Source: an uncultured virus (IMG/VR IMGVR_UViG_3300022468_000816) (taxonomy: Duplodnaviria; Heunggongvirae; Uroviricota; Caudoviricetes). Taken from it: 29,373 nucleotides of DNA. The notes beneath the pieces were generated by a model. It searched no databases, was not told the origin of the DNA, and saw only the letters and a list, made by a program, of their open reading frames with translations. The first letter of the stretch is position 1, and each line of letters begins with the position of its first letter. Of this stretch, positions 1-9,672 are shown one piece after another. Position numbers and translations under genes: made by a program. The stretch is taken from IMG/VR virus record IMGVR_UViG_3300022468_000816. One strand, given 5' to 3'.

Positions 1-3000
1 TCCAGGTAGCGCAGCGCCTCGCCGCTGAACTGGCCCTGCACGATGCTGGGCACCAGGTACAGTCCGCGCTTGGCCTTGCCCTGCTGCTGCAGGTGCGTGA
101 ACGCTGCCAGCTGCAGTAGGGACTTTCCCGAGCCTGTGCCGAAGGCAGCCATCACGCGCTTGTTGGCCTCGACCATGCGCACCAGGCGCTGGCGCGCCGC
201 GTTCTTGCCGCCGCTCATGGTCGGGGCCCACAGCTTGGTGGGCTGGCCCGGTTTGAAGTTCTTGCCGACCTGGCCCATCATCCCGGCGATCTGGCGCTCG
301 GCGACATGGCCCAGGGTGTGACGCTCGTCGCCGGCCAGGGCCGCCGGGCCGTCCGCCGCCGCTGGCACGTCCTCAGCAGAGAAGAAACCCATCTGCGCCT
401 GGTTGAAGGCCTCGTCCTGATCGCGCGCGGCGTCCAGCTTGTCCGACACCGAGCCGGCGGCGTACCGGCCGGCACTGCGCTCGCGCAGGCTGTCGACCAG
501 CTCGCGCTCGCGGGCCATGCGCTCGTCGCGCGCCTTCGGGTCGGTGGCATCGAGGTGGTTCAGGTTGTTGCGGATCACCGCCTTGCCCAGCTTGAGCGGC
601 TTGCCGGGGTTCAGCTTGTTGTAGGTTTCGGCGAACGAGCGGCCCACGTTGGAGCGGATCAGGTCCTGCACCGCCTCGTAGGCCTTGGCGTGGCCGTGCA
701 TGGCCTCGACGTACTTGGGCCAGTCCAGGCCAGCGGCATTGACCTTGGCGGCCGCCGCGTCGCGCTGAGCCTTCCAGTCCGCCCATTCCGGGTTGGTGGT
801 GGTCTCGCCGAACATATCCGTGGTCTCGCGCTCGGGCTGCGCGCCGTCCAGGCGCTCCAGCTCGGCACGCAGCGCCCCCTGCTCGGGGCTTTCCTTGGCG
901 ATGTTCCGGTAGAAGTGCTCCCGCAGCGCGCGCTGGTCCTGGTTGGTCAGCTCGCCCACCTGTTTGAAGGCGGCCACGCCCTCGGGATGCTCGGCCAGGG
1001 CCCGGTGCAGCGCCTCGACCGACTTCTGGTCCACCTCGAAGCGCTGGCGGTTCAGCGTGCTGATCTTGCCGCCGTGCCGCTGCTCCACGAACTTGTCGGC
1101 GTACCCATCGAAGGTGTCCGCCAGCTGCTCGGCCCGGCGCTGCTTGCCGTCGGCACCCTTGAGTGGCGCTACAGAATCCAGAGCGGCGCGGTAAGCGTCG
1201 GCGCGGTCAAAGCCCACTTTTTGAAAGAAAGCCGCCGACTGGATGTCGGCCACAATGTCGCCTGGCGCGTCGCCGTCAGCCGCGCGGCCGCCGATGTAGT
1301 CGCGCAGGGACTGCTCCAGGTCCTGCCCGGGCTGGAACGGCTCAGCCAGCCGCGGCGCGACGCCGGGCTTCACGTCCATGCCGAGGTCCGGCCGGCGGGC
1401 CACGCCCAACGGCAGCCACCCGTCCTCGTCGTGGTCGCCGCGGATGATTGCCAGGTTGCGCTGGACCTGCGCCACGTCCTCGCGCGCCACGGGCTTCGCC
1501 AGGCGGTCCATGCCGGCGGCGTTGATGGTCAGGAAGGTGTCGCCCGCCACGGTCTCCAGGGTGTAGTCGCCGCGCTGCAGGCCGATCGCGCGCACGCGCC
1601 GGATGGCGTCCTCGGTGCCGATCTTGCCCAGCGAACCCTGCCACTGGTCCTTGGCGCCCTGCTTGAGCGCCACGGTCAGCGCCGCGTTGGCCTCCATCTC
1701 GCCCAGGGTTTGGCCCAGGATCTTCTGGGCGTCGTTGACGGCCTTGCGCCGGTGGTTGTTCAGCTCCTGCGCCACCTGCAGGTCCGCGCCGCTGGCCGCC
1801 TCGCCCAGCTCGATCTCCTTGGCGGCGTCCATCAGCTCGCGCGCCTGGCCCAGGGCCTCGGCGCTGGCCTCCATGTAGTGGTGCAGGTGGAAGTTCTGCA
1901 CGCCCTCGGTGATGCGCTCCACGTCCTCGGGCAGGTCGGCGTGGATCCGGCGGGCCAGCACCTGCGCCGCGCCGGCGATGCCCAGCACGTCCACCACGCT
2001 GCGGTCGACCAGCGCATCGCCGCCCACGGCCAGCGCCAGGGCGTTGATGCTGTTGTAGGCTCCCACGCCGATGTGCTTGCCCAGGGTCTCCTCGGGCTTC
2101 TCGCCTGCCATGCGCTTGAACTCGGACAGGAAGGCCGTGGTCTGCGCGGTGCGCAGGTCGTTGTTCAGGTCCTCGGCGATCTTGGCGTCATCGTCCGGGC
2201 TGGCGGTGTATTCCAGAACGAAGGCCTTCGGCTCGGCCGCGGACTTGTCGATCTCGGCCGCCGCAGCGCGCGCCTTCTGCTGCACCTGCTTGAGGCGCTT
2301 GGCCGCCCGCAGCAGGTCGACCGCCTTGCGGGCATCGTCCACCACCCCGCGCGCGTCGGGCACGGCCGGCTCGCGAATGCCCTTCAATTCCTGCTGCACC
2401 AGCCGCGCGGTCTCGCCGCGGGTAACGGCCGCCCGGCGCTGGCCCTCGGTCATCACCGCCTGCTTGTCGGCTTTGACCTTGTCGGCCTCGGCCTTGAGCT
2501 CGTCGTCGCTCAGGCCCGCGGCTTCGGCGCGCCCCTTGAAATCGGAGCTGAAACCCAGCCCGCCGGACGCGTCCGCGATGGGGGCCAGGTCCTGCACCGA
2601 GATGGTTTCGGGGTCTTTGGCGTCGAGCGGGATCTCGCCGATGCCGCCCTCCAGGCGGGACGCGTGGTCGGCCACCAGCCGCTGGCGCTGCAGGTTCACC
2701 GCCTCATTGGCGCGCTGCATGATAGCCTGGTGGTGCTTCTGCCGCAGCTTGGCCTGCGCGGCGTCCGACAGGTGCTCGTACTGCTCCTCGGGGAACTCCA
2801 GCTCCTTCGGGTCCCAGCCCATGGTGCTGGCCACCGTCTGGACGAAGTCGCGCTCGTGCTGGCGCTGCTGGTCGCGCAGGGCCTGTTTGGCGGCGTTCTT
2901 GGACTCCAGAACGCCCGCCTCCTTGTCGCGCTGCCGCTGCAGCTTTGCGTCCTCACGCTTGGCGGCCTTGCGCTGCTCTGCCTCTTTTTTGTACTCGGAT

Positions 3001-3206
3001 TCCTTCCGGACAGCGCGCAGCTTGAGGTAGTTCAGCTTGCCGCCGGCCCCGCCGATCACGTGCGCGCTGCCGTCGGCCTGCGGCTGGATGAGCACCGGCG
3101 TGCCCTTCGAGTCAGCGCCGCCCGGGTGAACAGTGATCCAGCGCGCGCCTTCCGGGATGCTCGCGGCCTTGAGGAAAACGACGGGACGGCTTGCTGGCAG
3201 CTTCAT
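1..3206 (-). CDS. Giant putative virion/internal protein with SF2 (SNF2-like) helicase domain; 3' part lies outside the window (>1068 aa)
   Basis: Both ends translated by hand in the same frame: ATG 3206 gives MKLPASRPVVFLKAASIPEGARWITVHPGG..., and the window edge gives NKRVMAAFGTGSGKSLLQLAAF (Walker A) and RGLYLVPSIVQGQF (motif Ia). The middle was spot-checked only. Missing from the ORF track, consistent with no stop inside the window. Preceded by the late motif. Confidence 0.88.
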   Translation of the reverse strand, partial: MKLPASRPVVFLKAASIPEGARWITVHPGGADSKGTPVLIQPQADGSAHVIGGAGGKLNYLKLRAVRKESEYKKEAEQRKAAKREDAKLQRQRDKEAGVLESKNAAKQALRDQQRQHERDFVQTVASTMGWDPKELEFPEEQYEHLSDAAQAKLRQKHHQAIMQRANEAVNLQRQRLVADHASRLEGGIGEIPLDAKDPETISVQDLAPIADASGGLGFSSDFKGRAEAAGLSDDELKAEADKVKADKQAVMTEGQRRAAVTRGETARLVQQELKGIREPAVPDARGVVDDARKAVDLLRAAKRLKQVQQKARAAAAEIDKSAAEPKAFVLEYTASPDDDAKIAEDLNNDLRTAQTTAFLSEFKRMAGEKPEETLGKHIGVGAYNSINALALAVGGDALVDRSVVDVLGIAGAAQVLARRIHADLPEDVERITEGVQNFHLHHYMEASAEALGQARELMDAAKEIELGEAASGADLQVAQELNNHRRKAVNDAQKILGQTLGEMEANAALTVALKQGAKDQWQGSLGKIGTEDAIRRVRAIGLQRGDYTLETVAGDTFLTINAAGMDRLAKPVAREDVAQVQRNLAIIRGDHDEDGWLPLGVARRPDLGMDVKPGVAPRLAEPFQPGQDLEQSLRDYIGGRAADGDAPGDIVADIQSAAFFQKVGFDRADAYRAALDSVAPLKGADGKQRRAEQLADTFDGYADKFVEQRHGGKISTLNRQRFEVDQKSVEALHRALAEHPEGVAAFKQVGELTNQDQRALREHFYRNIAKESPEQGALRAELERLDGAQPERETTDMFGETTTNPEWADWKAQRDAAAAKVNAAGLDWPKYVEAMHGHAKAYEAVQDLIRSNVGRSFAETYNKLNPGKPLKLGKAVIRNNLNHLDATDPKARDERMARERELVDSLRERSAGRYAAGSVSDKLDAARDQDEAFNQAQMGFFSAEDVPAAADGPAALAGDERHTLGHVAERQIAGMMGQVGKNFKPGQPTKLWAPTMSGGKNAARQRLVRMVEANKRVMAAFGTGSGKSLLQLAAFTHLQQQGKAKRGLYLVPSIVQGQFSGEALRYL

Positions 3207-3212
3207 CCCGCC

Positions 3213-3228
3213 ATGGTAGGGTCACGAC
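3213..3228 (-). promoter_or_regulatory. Late-promoter-like motif, copy 1 (GTCGTGA-CCC-TACCAT), 6 nt before ATG 3206
   Basis: Matches the 7-copy consensus; no Shine-Dalgarno fits between motif and ATG. Confidence 0.75.
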
Positions 3229-3229
3229 A

Positions 3230-3559
3230 TCAAAGGCCGCCGGCGTCCGGATCCAGCAGGGTGAACGTGCCGCCGCCCACGTGGTCCTCGACCTCATTGC
3301 GGCCCATGTTGAACGCCGCGTTCTGCCGGTACTCCTCGGCAGCAGCCGCCAGGGCCTCCTGCAGGTCGGCGTGCGGGCGCATGCGCTCCACCACCGAGCG
3401 GTCAACGTGGTCGCCCAGCAGGCTCAGGTTGTCGCGGGTGTAGAACTTCTTGAGCACCAGCTTGACCAGGTACCAGTACGCGCCGAACAGGCGGTACCGG
3501 CGGGGGTCATCCTGGAGCAGCTGCAGCGTGCTGGCAGCGAAGGTCTTCGGGTCGATCAT
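3230..3559 (-). CDS. Hypothetical protein (109 aa), translationally coupled to the DarB-like gene
   Basis: ATGA overlap at 3556-3559, AAGGAGG upstream, natural composition. Confidence 0.8.
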   Translation of the reverse strand: MIDPKTFAASTLQLLQDDPRRYRLFGAYWYLVKLVLKKFYTRDNLSLLGDHVDRSVVERMRPHADLQEALAAAAEEYRQNAAFNMGRNEVEDHVGGGTFTLLDPDAGGL

Positions 3560-6500
3560 GCTGCCTCCTTGGTGGTGTCGTGCTGCTTGATGGTCGCGTA
3601 CAGGTCCGTAAGCGCGGAGCCTTGGGCGATGTTGCGCAGCGCGCCGCGCACGGTCTGATCCTCACCCTGCCAGCCGTTCAGGTGGAAGGCGTATTTGTCG
3701 TGCACGGGGTAGGTGTGGACACTTCCGCCAGCTCCCATTGCGCGCTTCGGCACGTGCTCATCGAGCGGGGTGTCCAGCACGCCGTCGCGCTGGGCGCGCT
3801 CCCATAGCGCCGTGGTCACATCCTTATCCCACGTCGGCTTGTTGACGCTGGCACCGTAGTCCGGCAGCTGAGCCGTCTGCAGCGCGGCGGATAGCGCCTC
3901 CTTGAAGGTGGGCGCGCTGCGCACGCGCTCCAGCTGCTCGGCATGGAAGCGCTTGCGCGTCTCGCGCACGAGCGGCGCTTCGGAGATGCCGCCCGCATCC
4001 TTGCCGCCCAGGTCCGCCAGCGCCGATGACCACGGGTTGCGCTGCTTCTGGTCGTAGCGCGCGCCCTCGTACTCGGCCTGGTTGCGCCACTCTGTGCGGG
4101 CGTTCTTCCGGGCCTGGTAGGTGGTCTTGCCGAACTTCTTGGTGCGCTCGGCCGCCATCCAGGCTTGGGCCACCTTCTCCTTGGCGTCGTCGGTGGGCAG
4201 CAGGTAGTCGTGGGTGTCGTGCAGCTTCACGTGGTCGTAGCTCTCGGCCATCTTGAGCTCGCCCGTGGCCTTGTCCACCATAGGGATGGTGCCGTATGGC
4301 ATTGAGAACTTGTAGGCCTTGGTGCCCTCCTTGATCTGGCGCTGGATCAGGTCGTGGTTCTTCTCCAGCACCGCCGACGGCATGCGCTTCACCTCGTCCC
4401 ACTTGGTCAGGCTGTTCAGGCTGGCCGATGCCTGAGCCTCCAGGGCAGCGCCCACCTCACTCGCCTCGGCGGCCGCGTCGAACTTGAACGGCTGCGCGTC
4501 GGCCAGCTTGTCCAGGGGCACCGTGACCGGGCGGCCGGTGGCCACCTCGGCATACCGGCGCATGGTGACCGTGCCGGCTTTCATGTTCACACCGGTGACC
4601 ACCATCTTGCCATCGGCGCCGAACTCCAGGCCCTGGTTTGCCGCCAGGGGCGTGCCGGTCTGGGGGTGGATCAGCACGTCGGTGGCGCTGTCGAGCGCCG
4701 CCTTCGCGGGCCAGTAGCGGTTGTTGAACAGACCGGTTTTGGTGGCCTCGATCTTCTGGCGCAGGCGCTCGCCGCTGGCCGTGGCCTTGTTCTTGAGCGC
4801 CTTGTAGCTGCGGGTCATCTCGGTGAAGCGCACGAATTCGGCCTGCGCCTTGGTGCGCTCGCCCGCCTCGTAGCGCCTGGTGGCCTCGGCCTTGTCCTCC
4901 TCGAACTTGGCCCGGGCCGCCTCGGGGTCGGCCGCCAGCATGATGCGCATGTCGTCGATCGAGAAGGAGCCCTCGCGCGCCAGGTTGTCGACGCGATCGC
5001 CGCCGTTCCACAGCAGGTCCTGCCAGTCCTTTTTGGCAGCCACCGCCTGGTACCGGTAGCCGTCGAAGCTCCCCTTCGACAGGTAGGTGTGGATTCGCAG
5101 GCTCTCGTTCATGTTGCCCTGGCGCAGGCCGCGGCCGTTGCGCTGCTGCAGCGTGGCCGGCTCCCACGGCACGTCCAGGTGGTGGATGTCCGTGGTGGTC
5201 TTCTGCATGTTCAGGCCTTCGGCCATGGTGGCATTGCCCACCACCACCTTGAGCTTGCCGGCGTTCAACGCCTCAGCGATGTTCTGGCGCTTCACCGACG
5301 AGGCCGCCACCTGCGCGTTGATGACGCCGATCTCGCTGCGCTTGAAGCCGGCGTCCACCAGGGCGGCCACGATCTTGTCGTGGCTGGCGATGTACTCGCT
5401 GAAAACGATCTGCCCGCCCTCCTTGGCGCCCTCCACGCACTGCTTGGCCAGCTCGGCATACTTGGGGCTGCTCGCGCCCGCGTGCGCGGCCGGATCCAGC
5501 AGCGACAGGTCGAGCGCCGCCTTGTTCATCTTGTCCATGATGGCGAAGATGTGGGCGTCGCCAGTGGCGTCCTTCTTGCCGGCGGATTCCTCGGCCAGCT
5601 CGCGCAGCTCGGCATAGACCGCCTGCTGGGCGGGCGTCATGTCCACCAGGTGCATGCGATCGTCGCGCGACGGCAGCTTGAGGCCCACCTGCTCGGCCGT
5701 GCGGCGGTCGATGTAGCGGGACATGATCTCGCGCAGCTCGTCGAGGTTCTTGAAGCCGGAGACCACCAGCGCATCCTCGATCGCGCCCTGCGTGCTGAGC
5801 ACCTTGTCGCCCTGGAACTCGCAGAACCGGTCCAGGAACTCCTCGCTGTTGCGGATCTTGATGCGCTCGAACGCCTCGGGGGCGATGTGCGACAGCATCG
5901 AGTAGATTTCCAGCGGGCTGTTTTTCGTGGGCGTGGCCGTCAGGCCGTGCACGTTCTTGCCGCCGTTGTTGTCGCGGATCCACCGGGTCTTGAGGTTGAA
6001 GTCGAGCGCCCGGTTGCTGAGGCCCTGGCCACCCAGGAACTTGGGCTGCTCGCCGAAGCGCGCCCGGGCGGAATACAGGTTCTTCTGGTGGTGCATCTCG
6101 TCGGCGATCAGCATGTCCACGCCCAGGTCGTTGAACCAGATGGCGTCGGTGCGGTCGCTGAACTCGCGCTGCGCGATGTGCTGCTCGTAGCGCTCCTTGA
6201 TGGCCTTGCGCCGCTTGTCGCCGGCATTGCCCAGGGACTCGCCGCGCTGCACCCAGAAATCCTGGCTGTAGTATTCCTCCTTCTTCACCGGGTCGAGGTC
6301 GATTTCCTCGAAGGCCGGCTCGCTGATCAGGATGAAGTCGTAGTCGTTCTGCGTGAGGTCGTGGTACTTGCGCTTGCGCTCGGTGGCGCTGTCATCCTTG
6401 CCGACCAGCTCGCCGTCTTTGCCCGCGGCGAAGTTCGCGCCGATGGTCAGCACGCGCGAGCCAGGGAACCACGTCTGTGACTCGGCATACCAGTTGGCCA

Positions 6501-9500
6501 GCACAGACTTCGGCACCACGATGATGGGCTTCTTGGCGCTGCCCTGCACCTTGGCCATGCGCGCCAGCAGCAGGCCGCCCAGGGTTTTGCCCAGGCCCAC
6601 GTCGTCGGCGATGATGCCCTTGCCGGTCGCCAGGCTGCGGCGCAGGCTGGACCAGCGCCAATCGCGCACCGTGCGGTCGGCCGCCAGCCCGGGCACGTCG
6701 ATCGGTTCGTTGGAATACTCGGGCGCCACGAAGCCGCGGAACGAGCGGTTGTAGAGGTCCTCAACAGCGTCGCGGTAGGTGCTGCCGCACAGCCACTCCT
6801 TGAACTCAGCGTTCAGGGCGTCGAGCTGGTCCTTCTCGTCCTTTTTGACACCGGTGCGGTTCAGGTACTTGTCCACCAGCTTCTGGTCGCTGCTGTACTG
6901 GTTGCCGCCGGCGATCGTGTAGACGCCATCGGCGAAGGTCACATCGACCGCGCCCTGCTTCTTGGTCCAGTCGTTGGCGTGGGGTCCCTCGAACTGCCGC
7001 CAGTTCAGGAAGGCCGCCAGGACGTGCGTGGGCACGAACGCCGAATTGATCAGCACCTCGACATCGTCCAGCGACTTCGCGTCGATCTTGGCCTCCAGGC
7101 GCTCGACCTGCAGGCGGCGCTTCTCGGCCATGTCGGGCTCGGCGCCGGACTCCAGCGCGGCGCGCGCGGCGTCCAGCTTCGGCCAGAGCTCGCCGGTCAG
7201 GTAGTTGTCCATCGTGGCCCACTGGCCAGCGCCCGCGTAGGCATAGCGAGGATCCGCCGCGAGCTGGTCCACCACCTCATCCAGCGGCTTGCCCAGGCGC
7301 TCGGCCAGCTCGGCGCTGGTGAATGTGCCGCCCTCGTGCTCCAGGGCCAGGATCTGCGCCGTGGCGTCGAAACCGCCCTCGGTTTTGCGCACCCGGCCGG
7401 TGACGGCGTCCGACAGCTCGCCCTTGCGGTTGACGGCGCCCACCAGGCGGAACAGGCGCTTGTCCACGCTGGCGGCCGTCATCAGGTCGGGGTTGTCGGC
7501 CGGCACGCCGTGCGCCTTCACGTAGGCGCGGATCTTGGCTTCGAGCGCCGGGCGGTCGACGGCAGCGGTGCCGTTCATGAGCGTGTCGATCTCGGTGGCC
7601 AGGGCCTGCGCCTCGCTGATCGCCGCCGTCTGCATGAACTCGTCGACGCGGTGCCAGCGCGCGGGGTCGCCCTGTAGCACGTAGGCGATGCCGTCCACGG
7701 TCTTGGTGTCGCCCACCTTGGCCATGTTGGCGTAGGGGCGGCGGAAGCCGGCGGACACCGCGCGGTCCTTGGCGGCCTCGTCGTCGCCGAGGGCATCCAG
7801 GACTTGGTGCATGGTCACAGCGGTGGCCGGGGCCGACTCGCCGTCCGGGCGGAAAGTCGCGATCGCGTCGGCCACGCCGTCCATGGAGCCCTCGACGGTG
7901 ATGTCGTTGCCCATGCCGGCCTTGGCGCGCCATCCCTCGGTCATCGTGCCAAGGACGTTGTCGGCGCCGCGGCCGGTGAAGTAGGCGCCCGACAGGAACT
8001 CATCGTCCCAGACGCCCAGCTTCTGCAGCGTGGCCTGATCGACCGTGCCCAGGGCGCCGGCGACATCGTCGGGCCGCTTGCGCAGGAAGATCACATCGGT
8101 GGTCACCTCGGTGTGGCTGTGCTCGAAGGCCGTGTTGGGCATGCGCTGCGCGCCCAGGAACTCGCCCTTGCGCAGCAGGTTTTCGCGCAGCGTGCGGTTG
8201 GTCTTGCTGTCCATGATGCCCGTGGGCACCACCAGCGCCACCAGGCCGCCGGGCTTGCACTTGTCGAGCGCGGTGTCGGTGAAATAGGCCTCAGCCGTGC
8301 TGATGTCCTTTTTGTCATCCTTCGCCAGGAAGCCGCGCGGGCCGTATGGCGGGTTGCCGATGACCACGTCGAACTGGCGGTCATCGGTGGTGGCGAAGCG
8401 CTCCAGCGACGCCGTGACGATCTCGTGCCGGTCGCCGTGCAGGGCGCTGGCCACCTGCGCGCTCACCGGATCCAGCTCGACGCCGGTCACCCGCACGCCC
8501 GCGGGCGCAGTGTGCAGGAACACGCCCGTTGCGCAGCTCGGCTCCAGGGCGGTGCCGTGCACGAAGCCCAGGGAGCGCAGCGCGGTCCACATCGCGCGCG
8601 CCACGCCCGGGTCGGTGTAGAACTCGTTCAGGCTGTCGCCGCAGCCGCCGTTGCCGCTGTACTGCCGGAATTGCGCGAGGTCGCCGTCGGTGTACGGGCC
8701 GCCCTCGGCCAGGCGCGCCACCACGGACGCGTTGATGTCGCGGCGCTTGCCCTTGGTGGTGCCGGCGGCCACGCCGAACGGGGCGGCGGGGTCGTGGGCC
8801 ACGGCCACTGCCGGGGCCACTGCCGGGGCTGGTGCTGGTGCGGGCTCTGGGGCCGGTGCCGGCGCCGGTGCCTTGCCGACGGTGACTTTCTTCACCCGGC
8901 CGGCCTTCACGTCGCGCGCGATCGAGGAGCCGGCGCTGTTGGCCCAGTAGTCGGCCATCTTGTCGCCGGTGCGCTGGATGTGGTTGCGGTCTGTTGGCGC
9001 GGCCGCGTCCAGGTGCTTCTCGCGAATGAACCAGCCGCCGTCCTTCTTGAACGTGTAGGGGTCGATCTCCTTGGCCTCAGCCTGCGTCAGATCGGTGCGC
9101 ACCACGCCGCGCAGGGTCTTTCCCTTGCCGGTGACGTGCTCGACGAGCTGCGGCGCTGGCGCGGTCTGCTCCGGGGTTGCGTCTTTCTGCTCCGGGGTAG
9201 CGGCGGTCTGCTCCGGGGTAGCTGGCGCCTCGGAGAACAGATCCGGCGTGCTCGGCTGGGCCGGCGCAGCGTGCGCACCGCGGCCCAGCATCTCGGCCAC
9301 GGCCTCGGGCGTGATCTTGCCCACCTCGGCCATCTTGGCGATCAGCTGCTGCTGCTGGCCCTCGGGCAGGCCTGCAAGGATCTTGGCCATGCCCGCCGGG
9401 CCGCCGTAGCGCGACAGGAAGATGTCCAGCTTCGAGCGCTTGGGCTTTGCCTCGGCCGCCGGCGGCGCTGCGTGGTGGTGCAGGCCGAACAGCGAATGCT

Positions 9501-9627
9501 GGTGCATCGCCACCTTCTGGATCCGCACGTGCGGCTTGACGACAGTGCCGTCCTTGCGCACGTGGGCCGCCACGTTGATGGGGGCGTCGAACAGGGCGAG
9601 TTGGGATTTGACGAATAGGATGAGCAT
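3556..9627 (-). CDS. DarB-like polyvalent protein: N6-adenine methyltransferase + SNF2 helicase (2023 aa)
   Basis: MTase motif I LEPSCATGVFL and motif IV VIGNPPYG; helicase motifs DDVGLGKT, IADEMHH, LTATP, AEGLNMQ, QQRNGRGLRQGN. Same architecture as P1 DarB. Confidence 0.92.
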   Translation of the reverse strand: MLILFVKSQLALFDAPINVAAHVRKDGTVVKPHVRIQKVAMHQHSLFGLHHHAAPPAAEAKPKRSKLDIFLSRYGGPAGMAKILAGLPEGQQQQLIAKMAEVGKITPEAVAEMLGRGAHAAPAQPSTPDLFSEAPATPEQTAATPEQKDATPEQTAPAPQLVEHVTGKGKTLRGVVRTDLTQAEAKEIDPYTFKKDGGWFIREKHLDAAAPTDRNHIQRTGDKMADYWANSAGSSIARDVKAGRVKKVTVGKAPAPAPAPEPAPAPAPAVAPAVAVAHDPAAPFGVAAGTTKGKRRDINASVVARLAEGGPYTDGDLAQFRQYSGNGGCGDSLNEFYTDPGVARAMWTALRSLGFVHGTALEPSCATGVFLHTAPAGVRVTGVELDPVSAQVASALHGDRHEIVTASLERFATTDDRQFDVVIGNPPYGPRGFLAKDDKKDISTAEAYFTDTALDKCKPGGLVALVVPTGIMDSKTNRTLRENLLRKGEFLGAQRMPNTAFEHSHTEVTTDVIFLRKRPDDVAGALGTVDQATLQKLGVWDDEFLSGAYFTGRGADNVLGTMTEGWRAKAGMGNDITVEGSMDGVADAIATFRPDGESAPATAVTMHQVLDALGDDEAAKDRAVSAGFRRPYANMAKVGDTKTVDGIAYVLQGDPARWHRVDEFMQTAAISEAQALATEIDTLMNGTAAVDRPALEAKIRAYVKAHGVPADNPDLMTAASVDKRLFRLVGAVNRKGELSDAVTGRVRKTEGGFDATAQILALEHEGGTFTSAELAERLGKPLDEVVDQLAADPRYAYAGAGQWATMDNYLTGELWPKLDAARAALESGAEPDMAEKRRLQVERLEAKIDAKSLDDVEVLINSAFVPTHVLAAFLNWRQFEGPHANDWTKKQGAVDVTFADGVYTIAGGNQYSSDQKLVDKYLNRTGVKKDEKDQLDALNAEFKEWLCGSTYRDAVEDLYNRSFRGFVAPEYSNEPIDVPGLAADRTVRDWRWSSLRRSLATGKGIIADDVGLGKTLGGLLLARMAKVQGSAKKPIIVVPKSVLANWYAESQTWFPGSRVLTIGANFAAGKDGELVGKDDSATERKRKYHDLTQNDYDFILISEPAFEEIDLDPVKKEEYYSQDFWVQRGESLGNAGDKRRKAIKERYEQHIAQREFSDRTDAIWFNDLGVDMLIADEMHHQKNLYSARARFGEQPKFLGGQGLSNRALDFNLKTRWIRDNNGGKNVHGLTATPTKNSPLEIYSMLSHIAPEAFERIKIRNSEEFLDRFCEFQGDKVLSTQGAIEDALVVSGFKNLDELREIMSRYIDRRTAEQVGLKLPSRDDRMHLVDMTPAQQAVYAELRELAEESAGKKDATGDAHIFAIMDKMNKAALDLSLLDPAAHAGASSPKYAELAKQCVEGAKEGGQIVFSEYIASHDKIVAALVDAGFKRSEIGVINAQVAASSVKRQNIAEALNAGKLKVVVGNATMAEGLNMQKTTTDIHHLDVPWEPATLQQRNGRGLRQGNMNESLRIHTYLSKGSFDGYRYQAVAAKKDWQDLLWNGGDRVDNLAREGSFSIDDMRIMLAADPEAARAKFEEDKAEATRRYEAGERTKAQAEFVRFTEMTRSYKALKNKATASGERLRQKIEATKTGLFNNRYWPAKAALDSATDVLIHPQTGTPLAANQGLEFGADGKMVVTGVNMKAGTVTMRRYAEVATGRPVTVPLDKLADAQPFKFDAAAEASEVGAALEAQASASLNSLTKWDEVKRMPSAVLEKNHDLIQRQIKEGTKAYKFSMPYGTIPMVDKATGELKMAESYDHVKLHDTHDYLLPTDDAKEKVAQAWMAAERTKKFGKTTYQARKNARTEWRNQAEYEGARYDQKQRNPWSSALADLGGKDAGGISEAPLVRETRKRFHAEQLERVRSAPTFKEALSAALQTAQLPDYGASVNKPTWDKDVTTALWERAQRDGVLDTPLDEHVPKRAMGAGGSVHTYPVHDKYAFHLNGWQGEDQTVRGALRNIAQGSALTDLYATIKQHDTTKEAA
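9166..9219. repeat. Three 21-bp-period repeats encoding TPEQ(TA/KD)A in a linker
   Basis: ctgctccggggt at 9166, 9187 and 9208. Confidence 0.85.
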
Positions 9628-9656
9628 GCGGCAGCACCAGTGGCGGGACTGCCGCT

Positions 9657-9672
9657 AGTGTCGCCTCACGAC
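9657..9672 (-). promoter_or_regulatory. Late-promoter-like motif, copy 2 (GTCGTGA-GGC-GACACT) upstream of the DarB-like gene
   Basis: Consensus match; its TGA is the stop codon of the upstream gene; predicted leader about 23 nt. Confidence 0.65.

Noticed and set aside
306..3443. 1045-aa plus-strand ORF
   Set aside because: Antisense shadow of the real minus-strand gene, which has helicase motifs and a promoter motif; its composition is typical of GC-rich reverse frames
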